Assembly: GCA_030141605.1 (NCBI GenBank)
Contig: JAQGDQ010002380.1
Coordinates: forward strand, 186,001 to 250,000
From: Tubiluchus corallicola
Taxonomy: Eukaryota; Animalia; Priapulida
Direction of reading: 5' to 3'
DNA length: 64,000 nucleotides
The position numbers and the translations under genes were made by a program. Numbering within the stretch: position 1 is the first letter of the stretch; every line of letters starts with the position of its first letter. A model generated the notes under the pieces. That model worked only from the letters and a program-made list of their open reading frames with translations, searched no databases and was not told where the DNA came from. This document shows, in pieces, positions 1-14,079 of the stretch.

Positions 1-17
1 AAAAGAATAAACAGAAA

Positions 18-335
18 TAGCTCAATCGGCTGCAAGCTGTTTTTCCATGTCGAAGGTTGCCGGTTCAATTCCGCGTTTAGCAGTTAGCTTAAAGCAGTTA
101 GAAATAAAAACAATGTTTACTGGAACTTTCTTCATGTATTGAACAAACAGGGTCAAGTTTCTGCAACACAGAAAAAAGGTTAACTCCACCCAGCGAATAT
201 AACGACGCATATATGCTTCACCCAGGTATATCAGCCCGTCGGCTACATAGTGAGACGGGGAGATGGAGACATTAACCCAGACAATCTAGAACCTGTAGTT
301 GCTCAATGGCTGGAACCATGTACTCTGTGTGTGTC
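18..335 (+). mobile_element. Degenerate tRNA-headed SINE-like element
   Basis: A box TAGCTCAATCGG (18-29) and B box GGTTCAATTCC (62-72) at tRNA spacing, but no good cloverleaf. The 3' boundary is uncertain. Confidence 0.45.
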
Positions 336-1389
336 ATATAATCGCTCATCTTAGACAACTACCTAAATATTCTGACATCGACACATCATCGCTGACATCA
401 ATATTAGCACATAATGATACCGCTAAACAAGTGGAAAATGTACATAGATGTTCGTTGTTATTTAGTTTAAAAATAATTTATTATAGGATTGGATCAGACA
501 GTTTGAACAACATTATTTAGGATCCTCATCACAACAGACTTTATACACTATTTACAAAAACATTTACAGTAAGAATAGACTATAACTACACAAGCTGACA
601 AGTTTTACTACAAGATTACATTAGACATTAGTAGAAAATGACGGTTAGAAAATATTAATGTACGAATATTTAAGACTGATGCATTTCATATCAGATAGAA
701 ACTACTGGAAGCGTTTAGTACGTAATATAAAGTCATGTAGGCATTGGAATATTGTACAGTTAGCAACATAGTTAAGTTCATCTTTTCCGAATAATAACAA
801 TTTCAACAGATCATTAGTTCCTAAGGCAGCTATATTAAGGTTGTCGGGCAGAAGTTGCTATTTCAGCGAATGCCTTTGTATATTTAGACATACGAAAACT
901 ATTTTGCATTACTATTGTATAATATTGCTGCGTATAATAGTACTTGCATTTTGCTAAAAGTGTTTTTTAATATGCACCCAGTTTGCATTTACGTGACGTC
1001 ACTGATGTAGCAGTAAGGAACATGCCTTGTTACGAACTTCTTACAGCTACCTTGCAATTTGTAATTTTATTATAATTTTGTTGGTCAATAAATTACATAC
1101 ATACGTAGGTAAGTGACGCCCGCAGCATTTTTGATACGCCACAAATTGCGTAACGTGCAATTTGCGCATGTACATTAAGTGCATTACTAAAATAACGCAA
1201 ATGGATTATAAGGTAATTTCGATGCCATTTATGGCAAAACAGAAAGCCTATGCTTGCGGCAGGCTAGTGTTAACAATTTTGAAGTAATTCGACGTAAAAT
1301 TTTAACATTTATGAAAATGTCGGTCTAATTAACTTAATTTATACAAGCGAACAAAAACATAACTTGAGGAAATGAGTTAAAGTGTTAAT

Positions 1390-1614
<225 letters not shown>

Positions 1615-2599
1615 ACTTTTAAAACAGCAATCCGTTTTCAAAACACAAAAATTAAAAACAAAATCACAATTATTGTACATTAAGTTGTTTGTCTTTAAAA
1701 CATTTGAAAGATCACGTTTCGTAAACAACAACACTGCGCATTACAGTCAAACTACACTGAATTAAACTAGACGCATCGACGCATGCACACTGCCATCTGT
1801 TTGAATACGTAATTTCGCGTGCAATTTAGATTTTGTTTTGGAAGATTTTGCAAAAAAAGTTTCTAAAATATTGCTAAATTAAACGCCTCTGGGTCTGTTT
1901 TTGCCAGCGCAGACTCAAGGTCTTAAAATGGCTGGCTTAAAATGTGACTAGGACAAGAACAAACTAATTGGCAAAACTTGAAAAGGTTGGGCAACTAAAC
2001 TTACACAGCTTATAACACTCAAGGGAAATAAAAATTTTGGAGGGATGCTCGGTGACCTATGGTGGGTCAGTCAGGGTGGTAGTTGTTGGCTGCTTAAACT
2101 ACAGGTGTTTGAAACTGAGTTACATAATAAAGTGTGTAGAGATTTAATACACGCCTCTAAATTGGTCACTCCAAGTGAGTGGGCGCGGCTGACAGAAGCC
2201 AAAATGTAAAATAAGGAGTCACAGGTTCGATGACCTGTTAAGAAATTACCAGCAGCCAAATTTTTGTTTTACAAAGTAGATACCTGAGGGCATTCTTATA
2301 GTAAACAGAGATTCTATCGAATAACGTTTAGAATTCAATAAGTAATTAAACAATGTTCAAGTCAGTTGACGGAGAAAGAAAAAACTTCAGAGACATTATA
2401 CTGGGAGCCGACTAGGGCACAGATCCTAAATTTTAGACTAAGCTTTTCAACATGTCTGTGAGCAGAATCCGCCAGTCTTATTTAAACGAACCAACTGAGA
2501 TTGCACCAGCAAATGGTGCATTATTACATATGTACCAGCGAAATTACATGTTCTCTTAGCAGAATTAGCCAGTTTTATTTAAAAGAACCAACCGAAATG

Positions 2600-3350
2600 C
2601 ACCGACAAATTTGCAAAACATGCCGACACAAGAAAATGGGTTAACAGAAAAGACATTTTTGACGTAAGCATACAGCTCGAAGACTTTGGGAGTCTGGAAA
2701 AGAGTTTCATAACCTATATTGGATAACTTATAAATCATATTCCTGGTGGCAATTGCCCGAAATGATACGTTGACGGTCGGTAATTTGGACAATACAAACG
2801 TCAAATATAATAAAAATGAAGTGGATAAATACATCAAAGTTTTATGGAGTAGAAAAATACAACATGTAAACCAGTAGACCGGTAATCCGCAAGAGATAAT
2901 TCCTGTGTGGCTTAGAAAATAATGACATTCGGACCATTTACAGAAAGAGAGACACTAATGTATATAGATATTGTAAAAGAACTAACCCAAAATGATCTTA
3001 TAGTAAACTGATTATACAGGATACTGTGTTATATACGAATGACATTAGCTTAACATTATTTATGTATGTAGAAGCTACAACATATACTATTTGTACATAC
3101 AGTATAACATGTATAAACAATGTACGCAATTATTAGATATATAATTAGAATTAATAAATCATAATGCAGTATTGTTAGCTTGTTTAGTAAGAAATTGTAA
3201 CTGTGAAGAATTTAATGTAAAAATTTATTCAATGTACATAATGTAAAGATTCATTTAACATTTTTGTACTTATGTGCCCTGCAAATAGCGGGCTTATTGT
3301 ATCATTTTCAATAAAGATTTTTAATAATAATAATAATAACAATAATAATA
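2600..3350 (+). mobile_element. Possible highly decayed LINE 3' end
   Basis: Interrupted ICKTC...RH...RRLWE (zinc-knuckle-like) near 2630-2700, then an AT-rich UTR ending in AATAAA and (TAA)n at about 3310-3350. Confidence 0.3.
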
Positions 3351-5310
3351 ATTCCTGGTGGGGGACACTTTCAGCAGGTCAACCAGCAACTTTTAGTTTG
3401 TGATTAAAAGTCAAAGGCCAATTCGCAAAATTACATCTCAAACACTAGAGGAATAAAGTTCAAAACTTAATAGTATTAAGCAACAGATTAGTGTGAGGAC
3501 AGATTATAGAAGGAATCCCCGGCAGCACTGAATGTGTGATTGAGTTCAAAAGCTAATTTCTCAACTGACAAATAGCTTAAACAGTAACGAAAACTCAACA
3601 TGTGGAATAAAAGCAAGCCAATTAATAAGTAAATTGACGCGACGAAAATGTTAACGCCCTTCACTTGCAAGCCTTTGAGTTTCGTACAGTCTATCTGTGA
3701 CGCTGCAGGACAGTGTCTTGCAACCCAGATCTATTTACTTCATTATTACCTGAACAAAATGTCGCAGGTTGTATTTAAGTACAGTGATCGGAAACATGCA
3801 TTGCCGAATTTTGATGATTAATCGCTAAAATAATTTTTGCTTGAATTAACGACTATGAATCCACTATGAGCTCATTGATTTGCCCTCACTGCCCCAAGTT
3901 TTTTTTAAATCAATTTGTGAAACGCAATGCTTCCTCGCTTTCCAGGTGCTAAACTCTGACCGTATAACAGACGTACAAACAAAGTCTTTTTCAACATTTT
4001 ATTCGCGAAATATCACAATTACAACTTACGGGCAAAGGCTCGTGTTGCACAAGCTAAAGTTTTTAATCCTTTGGAGCTTAACGACACCACATTATTCAAA
4101 ACTTAATAATGTTATTGAGCGCATAGCTGTGTTGTTTGAATACAATAGTATAGCACTATTACTCTTCCCTCCATTTTGCAAAAAAATCTTTGAGAGGCAC
4201 AATAAATGCAAGTTTAAAGCAGCGCAGAAAACATTTTTTAAATTTAAGCTCAAATGAGTCTGCTGTAATTGGCGTAAATTTAGCGTAAAATTGCTGAGAT
4301 ACATAATTACGGCACACGTTATAGACTGAACTATCACTACATACAGTGCAACACTAATGTTAGAAAATTTTCTATTAAATACAATGGAATTCAATTGCTC
4401 CAGCTATTAAAAATGCCAACTCGCTGCCCATATTTAAAAAAATTTATAAATTAAACTTACTTGAAACGTATAACTGATCACTCAATCATGATTTGTTGTT
4501 TTTCATTTTCAAAAACTTCCCCTCTAGTATAATAATATTTTTATTACTTCCCACCCGTATTTATATTTGTATATATTGTAATATTGTATCTGTATATATT
4601 GTAATTTTTTCGTAACTAATTCTAGTGGCCTACCATAAGCTAGCTTCTTAGGTCTCTAGCGCAGAATTCATGAATTGTATCATAAGTTTGTATTAACAAA
4701 AACTGATTATCGATGCACATGTAATGTATATGTATATGTTTATTGCGAAATAAATCTATTAAATCTAAAAAAAATCTGACCAGTTGCATTTTATCTGTGT
4801 TTTATCACATACGCGTGTGCATTGTTAAGTACGTATGAGATACCCGTGACGACCGCCAAAACGAACACAGCTTGTTTCACCTGCACAAAGCTTTTCATTA
4901 TGGCATGGTATTTTAAATATGGTCTGGTTATCAGTAATATCTACATTTGGCACCCAATCATGTGTTTCGTTCAGTCAGTGCTGCTTTAAATCTAGGAAGC
5001 CACAACAACAACGGAGCAATAATCATTTAACTAACCGAAGTCTAATACATTCTGAAATGTAGCAGTTTAACTGCTGCCAGCGTTTAACCTTTTCCAAACT
5101 TAAATCATTTAATCCAGGCCATTATCCCGGGCCACAAATTTCCATCTTTATTGCTCGCCGCATAATAACCGCCTAACACCTCACGACAATTTATGTAAAA
5201 TATAAGCCGGTGCCGACATTTCCGTTTGTGAGCACTATGCTGTGTTTTGTTGCTATGCTGTAATGGCTGATGCAGTCTGTTCAGCTTGAGAAGGGGGATT
5301 GGGGAGCAGT

Positions 5311-5549
<239 letters not shown>

Positions 5550-5633
5550 AAAGCAGATATACCATTTTGTTTTCACAATAACACGTATAAAATAGACTAA
5601 ACATGACCCATAAGTCCGAAGCGGTGTTTTATC

Positions 5634-5910
5634 CAGTGCCGTATTCACACTTGGTGAGGATATAAGCACTATATAAGGCTCTGAGGCCCTCTTTTTTTAA
5701 ATTTCGCCAATTGGTCCCAGAAAACTTGAAAATATGCGTGGCTTAATTATTTATAGCAAAGAGAACAATACACTTGACTAAAACATTACTAAATTATTAC
5801 TTAAATATAAAAATGGGTATAAAACCCAATCTGGAACCTTGTTGAGGCCCCATGTAGATTGTGAGGCCCTAAGCTGTCGCTTACTCAGCTGATACCTAAA
5901 CCCGGCGCAG
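5634..5910. mobile_element. Non-autonomous hAT-type MITE, 277 bp
   Basis: Perfect 8-bp TSD GTTTTATC (5626-5633; 5911-5918), imperfect TIRs CAGTGCCGTATTCA / rc CTGCGCCGGGTTTA, and three internal TGAGGCCC motifs. Confidence 0.75.
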
Positions 5911-8310
5911 GTTTTATCTTAGTCAGGCAAGTGATTAGTACGCATTCAACAAACGTGGGTGAATGCTAAGTTTGATCCCCTTGTGTTACATAACAGGAAA
6001 TAAAAGTTTTGCTTATGAAATTTTTACAAATTACAGCAGGGTTCCAGAATTGGTCAGCTTCGACTTTAGAGGTCAAACAGATCATTCGGGAGGTCTAAAG
6101 TAGGTTTAAAAGAGGGTCGAAAACTGACATTCGTATAGAAAATAAAAATACATAAAATACTAAGATAAAATATAATTTGTTTATACATTAATGCCTAACT
6201 CATATATAATCATAATTCATAAGTCTTGATTATCTATTTATTTTATATTCAGTTTGCTAGTACACAATGATATCCATATTATGTTGTTATTATTATGGTA
6301 ATAATTTATGATTAATTGGAACCAAAAGGCAATGGACCGTTATAGTACCAATGTTTCTATATTTGGATAAATTGACTTACATTTTCTTTCCCTTTATCGT
6401 GTTCTATTATTTAAAAGACTCGATGTAATCATCATCAACACTGAAATCTTTTGATATTTGAAATTTTTTTAGTTCATTTTACTTCAAAACTGGGTTGTGG
6501 CAACGTTAGATAGAGTGTCCCGGGCTTCCTAGTTACTTCATTTCCTGTCCTATTCACTTACGTCATTTCCTAGTTACGTCACTTCCTGTCCTACTCACTT
6601 ACGCCAGATTTCATGAGGAGGTCGGTGGTTTAAAGAGTTTGGTTTTCTAAACTACAGGCTGCCAGTGAGTTGACTATTTCAAATACATCGCTTTATATGA
6701 AGTCAGATGTCATTTGAAGATCACTGATGACAATTGGATATATTCACAAAATTAGCAGCAAGCTTGTAAAAAATTCTCAAGAATTATGAAAAAAAATTTG
6801 GTCTATCATCCAGCATGGAAGCAGGCATGCGCTATTTTTCTTGCGCTTGTAGTATTAGTCAGTCCAACACTCGCATTTGTATTAGGATTCATAATGATGA
6901 AATTTGAGAAAAGCAATATATGTAAAGTACACACAAATGAAACTTTGATGAAAATGCTGATAGGAGTAATATTATATGAAAGTCTAACGTCCGCGAGTCT
7001 ACTTAGGGACACCCAATTGCCCTTGGACAGTTTCATAAAGCAAAATATATCGTTTAACTGCAGGCAGCGGTTTTACGCATTATTAACTTTCTCCTCCTTC
7101 TCTGCTTTCTCCTCTTCTTCTGTGTCTCTTTTAAGGGCGTATAAACATAGTCAAACTCCAAGTGTTCAGCAGAACTCGGGAAACTTTTGATTGGCCCCTA
7201 AAGTGGTATTTTTGTACGGTAATTTAGTTATTTGCTCAAAATATACAGAAAAATTTACGCACGAAAAGAACATACGTACAAAACATATTCTGTATCTAAG
7301 TCAACATTTTTATTACGCTAGGTCTAACAACAGACAGCGAGTGCAAGTCTCCCCTTGGTGCTGCGGGCTGCCGTATCGGCTTTTAGTTATCCATATGCAA
7401 CGGAATATTTTTCTGTTTCAAGACAAGTTTATACAGTTTCAAGACAAACTTTTATTGCTTGGAAACAGTTTGTACTTTGGAAGTTTAGAAGTGGGACTTT
7501 GCTTGCTTTGTTAAATTTAAGTTTGTTCTGAAATTAAATGTTTGTAGTGGATTAGCGTGCCCTCGTAAGACAAGGACAACATTTATTTGCTGTCGCTTGT
7601 TTAATAGACAACACTTGCACTAACAGTTATTTAGCGGCTTATACTTAAAACAATATGGATAAGGACACTTAAACACGAATATGTAGGGTATGTGCCCTGA
7701 CATTGGTAGCCGGTAGTCTCGAACTCAAGACTGCATGTCCGAAATCTAGACCAGTCGGCCAACCAACCCAAGACAATGCTGCTACGTCAATTATTACTTC
7801 GGGTCTTCCTTAAATTTTTTCCAACTTCTAATTTCTGAACACTCCGTTCAAGACTAGAATAATCTCCTCTCGATAAGAAGTTGACCAACAAGCACTTTCC
7901 ACGATTTTTCGGGCGCCATAATTCAGTAAGCTCGCAAGACCATAAAAAACTTTTAGCGTCAAGTTTCAGCTTCTGTTTGCAAACAATATTATTTCTGAAA
8001 AATTGTATTCATCTTATTTAATCTTGCATAATCCTCGACAAATTTCGTTGAGCCACTTCATAAAATAATCCTTGCTAAATCCGCCGATATTCTTTCACGG
8101 CGATCAACAGCAATCTTTCTGTCGTCATTAGTGGGTTCTTACTGCACAATAACTTTTTCATAGCGGATTATCAGAATGAATGTGATTGGAGCTTCCTCTG
8201 ATTAGCAAAGGGAAGTCTTCCATTCTTTATGAGTGTTTGTTGTCGTGCAATCATTGACTACTGCAGAGATTATGCAAAGAAAACTTAGCCTGGTGGATAA
8301 GAGTAGAATT

Positions 8311-8690
8311 TATCATCATCATCATCATCATCATCTACATCATCATCATCATCATCACCATCACCATCATCATCATCATCATCACCATCATTGTCATCGT
8401 CACCATCGTCGTCGTCATCGTCGTTTTCATCATCATCATCAACAACATCACCATCATCATTACATCGTCGTCGTCATCGTCGTTTTCATTATCATTATCA
8501 TTGTCGTCGTCGTCGTCATCATCATCATCATCCTCATCACCATTATCGTCATGATCATGATCATGATGATGATCATCATCACCATCATTGTCATCGTCAT
8601 CATCGTCGTCGTCATCGTCGTTTTCATCATCATCATCGTCATCATCATCATCATCAACATCACCATCACCATTACATCGTCATCGTTATT
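8311..8690. repeat. Compound (CAT/CGT/CAC)n array
   Basis: Direct reading; a longer block (caccatcattgtcatcgtca...gttttcatcatcatcatc) is duplicated inside it. Confidence 0.95.
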
Positions 8691-10279
8691 TCGCGTCGTC
8701 ACTATTGTTTTCGTCACTTCTCAGAACATTATTCCCCTATAGTTATAATATTGCTATAATACGCAAAACCGTCTTACAACAACTATACCTCCTTCATTCT
8801 TTTTTCATCCTTCAAACATCAACATCACTCACCAATGTTTTCATCGTCGTCGTCGTCGTCGGTAGCTCATTGTCGATGTCATCTGTTCTTGTTATCATTG
8901 CCAGTAACTTTGTCTGTTTTTAATCTACCCTTTGCTAGTTTGGTTTTGTTTTATGACGCAGATTTGCACGTTTATAGAAATACAATCTAGACGAGCGCAT
9001 CCCTTCTCATTAAATGCAACACTTAGAGAGAAATGTGCTGGTAAATTGTTTCTAAACAACCCTAATTGTTGAGTTGAACAAACATTAAAAGCCTTGTAGG
9101 TAAAGGCGAAATTACTTGCATTTGCACAATTATTTTAACATACAAACTACATGTATTTTTACAAGCAAATGAAAAAAAATTGTAATCAAATCTTATCTCT
9201 GGCCTTCAGGTGTGAAAATAAATTGATAAAGTGGGTGTTATGGTGGCCATAAGAACGGAAGAAACGTGATAATGGTAAAGGTACTTTCACATGCATACAG
9301 AATGTGCTGCGATGATGTCGATCGGGCAGACGATTATTCACTTGTTTCGTTGGAAGTACATTCCGTAAAAATATGAAAGCACCTTTAGTTATTATATAGT
9401 CAGAAATTTATTTTATCGTAAAAATAAGCTTCGATGAGATTGCTGTATTACAAAGAAAGTTCTTAGAAAACAAAAATATTGCCGCATGAAATAAATGTAA
9501 TATCGCGCAACAAAACAAAGTTGCCAACGAAAGTGTTTTAAATAATTATCTGATAAAAGTAAACAAGTTACTATTGGATGAAGCTTGAAATATTGTCTAA
9601 AACAAATACTAGGCATCATTTCGAATTTCGAATAATGCTGGAAAAATATGCAGGTCACGACAAGTGATCGTCACAACAGAATGTGCTTTTTCTGTTTTTT
9701 TTTCACTGAAAACTCAACAGTTATTTTAATTAGAATAAAACGATAATAGTCTTTAAAAACAAATTACCAAAAAGCTCCCTTCGCTTGTAAGCCTATAATT
9801 TCTCCAATGGGCTTTCTTGATTTTTTTCGGTGAATTTTTTCAACCAATCACCATTCTTACTGGGTAATGAGCTTGAGCTCTTACAAATTAGAAAAGTTTC
9901 ACAAGAGTTCACTGCTGTACCTGAAGATTATAGTCCCTATACGACGTCCTCATAACATTAATTTTAAATACGTAATTGTTAAATTATTATTTAAAGATAG
10001 TCACGTGTGTCTCTTCTTTCCCATTATTGAACATTATTTTATTATAAACTAACACATTCGTACAATAATTCAATTTTCATTCGTCTTAAATGCAAAATTT
10101 GATAATTTTTAATTACCTGGTACATGCGCATTAACTAATTAATTATATTAGTAACAATTCTTACCTATGTTAGGGTGCAATGAACAATTCACCTTACAAT
10201 AAGGCTACAGATGAATCTGCCATTGGCTCTATTTTAGTGTTTAAAATGAATGATTACCGTTAGAAGTGTGCATACTTAC

Positions 10280-10550
10280 TTGCAAATAAACTATTGACTA
10301 GATTAAAAGGTAAACAGAAGAGCAACACCAATATGTCCGCCGCCGCAAGGTTAGCAATGAAAAGATTGGTAACGTTCCACATGTGTGGACTTCGAATCAC
10401 CACAGCTAACACAAAACTGTTTCCAACCACTCCCACAATGAACACTATCACGTACGCCATTGTTAGAAACACTATTTCCCAGTTATGGTCCAATTTTAGC
10501 TCCGTGCTGTAGGATAAGTTAGTTCTCGATATATCGGTGGAATTCGACAT
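10280..10550 (-). CDS. First coding exon of a class A neuropeptide GPCR, SIFamide receptor/neuropeptide FF receptor-like (N-terminus, TM1, TM2); partial gene
   Basis: ATG at 10550 in good context (CAAAAC-ATG). Translation: [90 protein letters not shown]. It has N-glycosylation sequons (NST, NLS), the TM1 GN motif and TNxFIxNLAxAD...CLP in TM2. It ends at a phase-1 donor A|GTAAGT (10279-10274). It resembles SIFaR 'AYxxVFxVGxVGNxFVxAVVxRSPRMRTVTN'. Confidence 0.9.
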
Positions 10551-10663
10551 GTTTTGGAATAATATGGTCGCCAGTAAAAGCAAATTAACGTTCAGCGTCC
10601 ACTGAAGTATGACTGCTGCCGCTAGCCACTGGTGATTAATGAAGAGACTGGTCCTTCAGGTCA
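10551..10663 (-). other. 5' UTR part of the GPCR exon, preceded by a splice acceptor
   Basis: The minus strand reads cttttcttttcttatag|tgacc (AG at 10665-10664). There is no ATG between the acceptor and the start codon, which implies one or more non-coding exons further upstream. Confidence 0.7.
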
Positions 10664-11088
10664 CTATAAGAAAAGAAAAGAACTTCGTAAAGAAGAATTT
10701 TGATTTTTTACAGCTTCCTACTAGATAAAAACTAGGAAAAATATTTATTAATGGTAAATGACATTAACATTATCGCGATTAACATTATCGTTTATTTTCA
10801 TAAGCAGTTGTGTAATGCATCTTATATTATGTACGTATAAATAATGTAATGTACATACCCTCATAACGTTTCTTGTATATATTTCTTGCATATACAATAT
10901 ATATTGTATATATATACAGGGCCTAGTATATTTTTCACGGTCATAAACTCTAACCTCACTATCAACAACAATGCAAAAGGTAAAGAACAATGTTGATATC
11001 GATCCCTTCCCCAATTCTACCTAGCCAATCACAAGACAGGTCACGTGACTTTCACAGAAATTATACCTGGTTCTACATTATACATAAT

Positions 11089-11334
11089 GGTAATCCCCCA
11101 ATTCGCCAGTTATCTTTTCGCCAGTCTACTTTTTCGTCAGTGCACTTTTTCGCCAGTCTACTTTTTCGCTAGTGCAATTTTTCGCCAGTCTACTTTTTCG
11201 CCAGTGCACTTTTTCGCCAGTCTACTTTTTCGCCAGTGCACTTTTTCGCCAGTCTACTTTTTCACCAGTGCACTTTTTCACCAATTACTTTTTCGCCTGG
11301 CGAAAAAAGTAGACTGGCGAAACGATATACAATC
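11089..11334. mobile_element. MULE/foldback-like MITE built from 16-17-bp subrepeats
   Basis: Perfect 9-bp TSD ATACATAAT (11080-11088; 11335-11343) and G...C termini. About 12 units of TTTTTCGCCAGT(CT/GC)AC are followed by inverted units TGGCGAAAAAAGTAGACTGGCGAAA. Confidence 0.8.
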
Positions 11335-12989
11335 ATACATAATAAACCCTGTCCTAGTAAAAGTTTTCAACAGAAACAACACTGCACGCGAGTTCTTCAA
11401 ATGGAAAAAGAACTTTCTCTTGGAAATTCAACAATCTAAACCACACACGCAGCGCCGCCAAGCGTATCAGACGTGCAAGATTACACCATTTTCCTCTTCA
11501 GTGTAAAATCAATAAAAACTTTTCATCAAAATACTAATCATTAGTAGCTTCTCAAGAATCTGTAATTGAGTTCAATCACTGACTAGTGAAACACGGGATG
11601 AATCTAAAGCGGGCATTCTTGCTTTTTGGTCATTATCATGAAATCTATCAAACTGTAACGCTTAGCATTTTACATGCTTTATCTATTAGCTCTGACATTC
11701 GAAGCATTGCTGACAATCGTGTAACCTTACCATAAGAGTCTCAATGGAATTTGAACATGACAAGCAAATGTAAGTTCGCCTGTGTCAAAGACAAAAATCT
11801 CAACAGCTACTGCGCAGACGGAAAGATAACTATTGCGCATTTACTTTTAGATTTTACAATGCCAATGTGTACATGTACATACAGAACAATATGTAATATA
11901 CAAAGTTTATAAATCATCAGCACATGAAGACACAACAAGTCGAAATTGTAAGAAAACTTGTGCAGAGTGAACTTAACAAATGAGTGGACACAAAAAAGAT
12001 AATTTAAAAAAAGAAAAAATGGTGATGAAAAAAACACAAAAACGAGAAATTGGGACACAGACATATAAGTTGCCGTCAATATTAACTTTTTTTTGTCATA
12101 ACTGACTAACTGACGCACTACCATCATTATCTTAATCATCGTCGTTGCCACTGCGGTCGTTGTGGTCACTGTTATCGTCAAAATAATTATCATCATCATC
12201 ATCGTCATGATGCCGCCGCCGTCGTTGTTGTTGTTGTTGTTGTTGTCGTCGTCGTTATCATCACCACCACCATAACCATCATTTTTCTTTTTGCTTCTCT
12301 TCTTTTCACAAATTTCGTTTTTTGTTTTAGCGTTTCTCTTTTTTAATAGCTAAAAACACGTATCAGCAGCATCTGTATTATATTACTCTGATTTGCTTTG
12401 AGTGAATTAAAAACATTTGCCTTTGATTAGAGAATCCCCGTTCAAAAGAGGCATAACAAGATTACTAGAGCAATCATAAAGAACGCAACATGGTAATTAA
12501 CACGGTATTTTTGATTTGGTTTGTAATCATACCGCTTTATTGCTGAAAAAATAATTAAAACGATGAACGAGTATGAGTCATAAAGTCTAATTACACTCGA
12601 CGCTTTGAGTGGGTCGGATACAAGTTCACTTTAGACTTGTCTTTTGTGACGGAACGGAAGTGTACGAGAAAATTAAAATTTAACGCGTTGCATAATAATT
12701 ATATTATAATTAATTGAAGGCGTGGTACGTTTGAGTCGATCTAACCACGTGACTGGGTTTAAAATCAATCTAATGTTTCCAATAATATTCTGTTGTTAAC
12801 TTCCAGCTATAGTGACTTTAATTTTCAATGTTTTATGTTGCAAAACATTTTTTGTAAACATTTATTTGAAATAATTGCCTTTAGCAAATAAATGCTGATC
12901 AAATTGCTTCAGGCTGCAAAATTTACAGGAGTGCAGTTTGACAGGAAAAACAAATCTATCACAAAATATACATAACTATTCCAATTGTT

Positions 12990-13250
12990 AATTATGATAA
13001 TTAAAACGGTTAGATGAACCAATATATTGCTGCACCAGATCAAATAGAATGATGTTCTGTTCATAACTTAGTAGTGAACTACCTGAAAGAAAAACTGAAG
13101 TTTCTAATTGTGGGTTAAAGTTATTTATATTAAAAGGTAATGTGTTTGTTTGGTATAGGTTTGTTAGTCGTTCTTTGAGGTCCTCTCTACTAGCAACATG
13201 CAAAGGGCAATCGAGCAAAAAATGTTTAATACTTTCAAAACACTTTAAAT
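12990..13250 (-). mobile_element. 3' end of a CR1-group LINE ORF2 (remnant)
   Basis: ESIKHFLLDCPLH...FLSGSSLLSYEQNIILFDLVQQYIGSSNRF matches the typical ExxxHFLLxCP...GxxxLxxxxNxxIFxxVQxYIxxxxRF C-terminus. Confidence 0.75.
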
Positions 13251-13778
13251 CTGAAAACAGGCTACCTGTTGAAATTGTAGACATAATTTAAGAGCTAGAC
13301 ACATTTTTTGCTATTGCTTCTTTTGCTGAAACTGTTGTTGTTACCACAGCTATTGTTGCTGCAGTTGTTACTGTCTTCTAGATGTGGCAACTGATTTTAT
13401 TGGGGGTCCTACTCAGCAAATTTTATACCTATAAGGCAAAAATAAGGAACTTCCGTCTAAAAACAGTAACGAATATTCAGACATATCCAAACCCTAAGGT
13501 CCGCGCAGACATGTAAAACTTAAGAAACTGTTGATTAACTATCTGCATAACATTTCAACAATAGTTGATTCTAAATTAAAAGGTACGACTTATTTTGCTA
13601 AGAATTAGTGTATTCAATTAGCACTGTGAAACATATGTAGATGTGTTTGTCATAAATTATGGTATTTTTTAATATACTGCGCTTAAAAAGAACCCTGTAA
13701 TTGTAGGGACGTGTTCCTGTATGCCTTGTTTTTTTAATTGTGTCATTTATTAATTGTACTTGAGCTTATGTTTGTAAA

Positions 13779-13888
<110 letters not shown>

Positions 13889-14079
13889 CTTTCATCGCTA
13901 AACAACATTTGTATTAATATTTCGAGTCTTTTAACTGCATAGATGGCTCCATTCGTTCACTTTTAAGCAGTTTTTGTTATTAAGGTAGCATATCACATTA
14001 TGGTGCAGCTGCTACACCAATTGAGCTTAAATTTTGCATGGATTATATTGTAAAATATGCCCACAGTATAGTAAGAGAA

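Noticed and set aside
6786-7190. Hydrophobic 134-aa ORF as a membrane protein or GPCR exon
   Set aside because: It is on the wrong strand for the GPCR and has no recognisable motif; AT-rich DNA readily gives hydrophobic ORFs.
8233-8923. His-rich, Ser-rich and Met-rich ORFs
   Set aside because: Most frames are open only because of the CAT/CGT triplet array; there is no gene structure.
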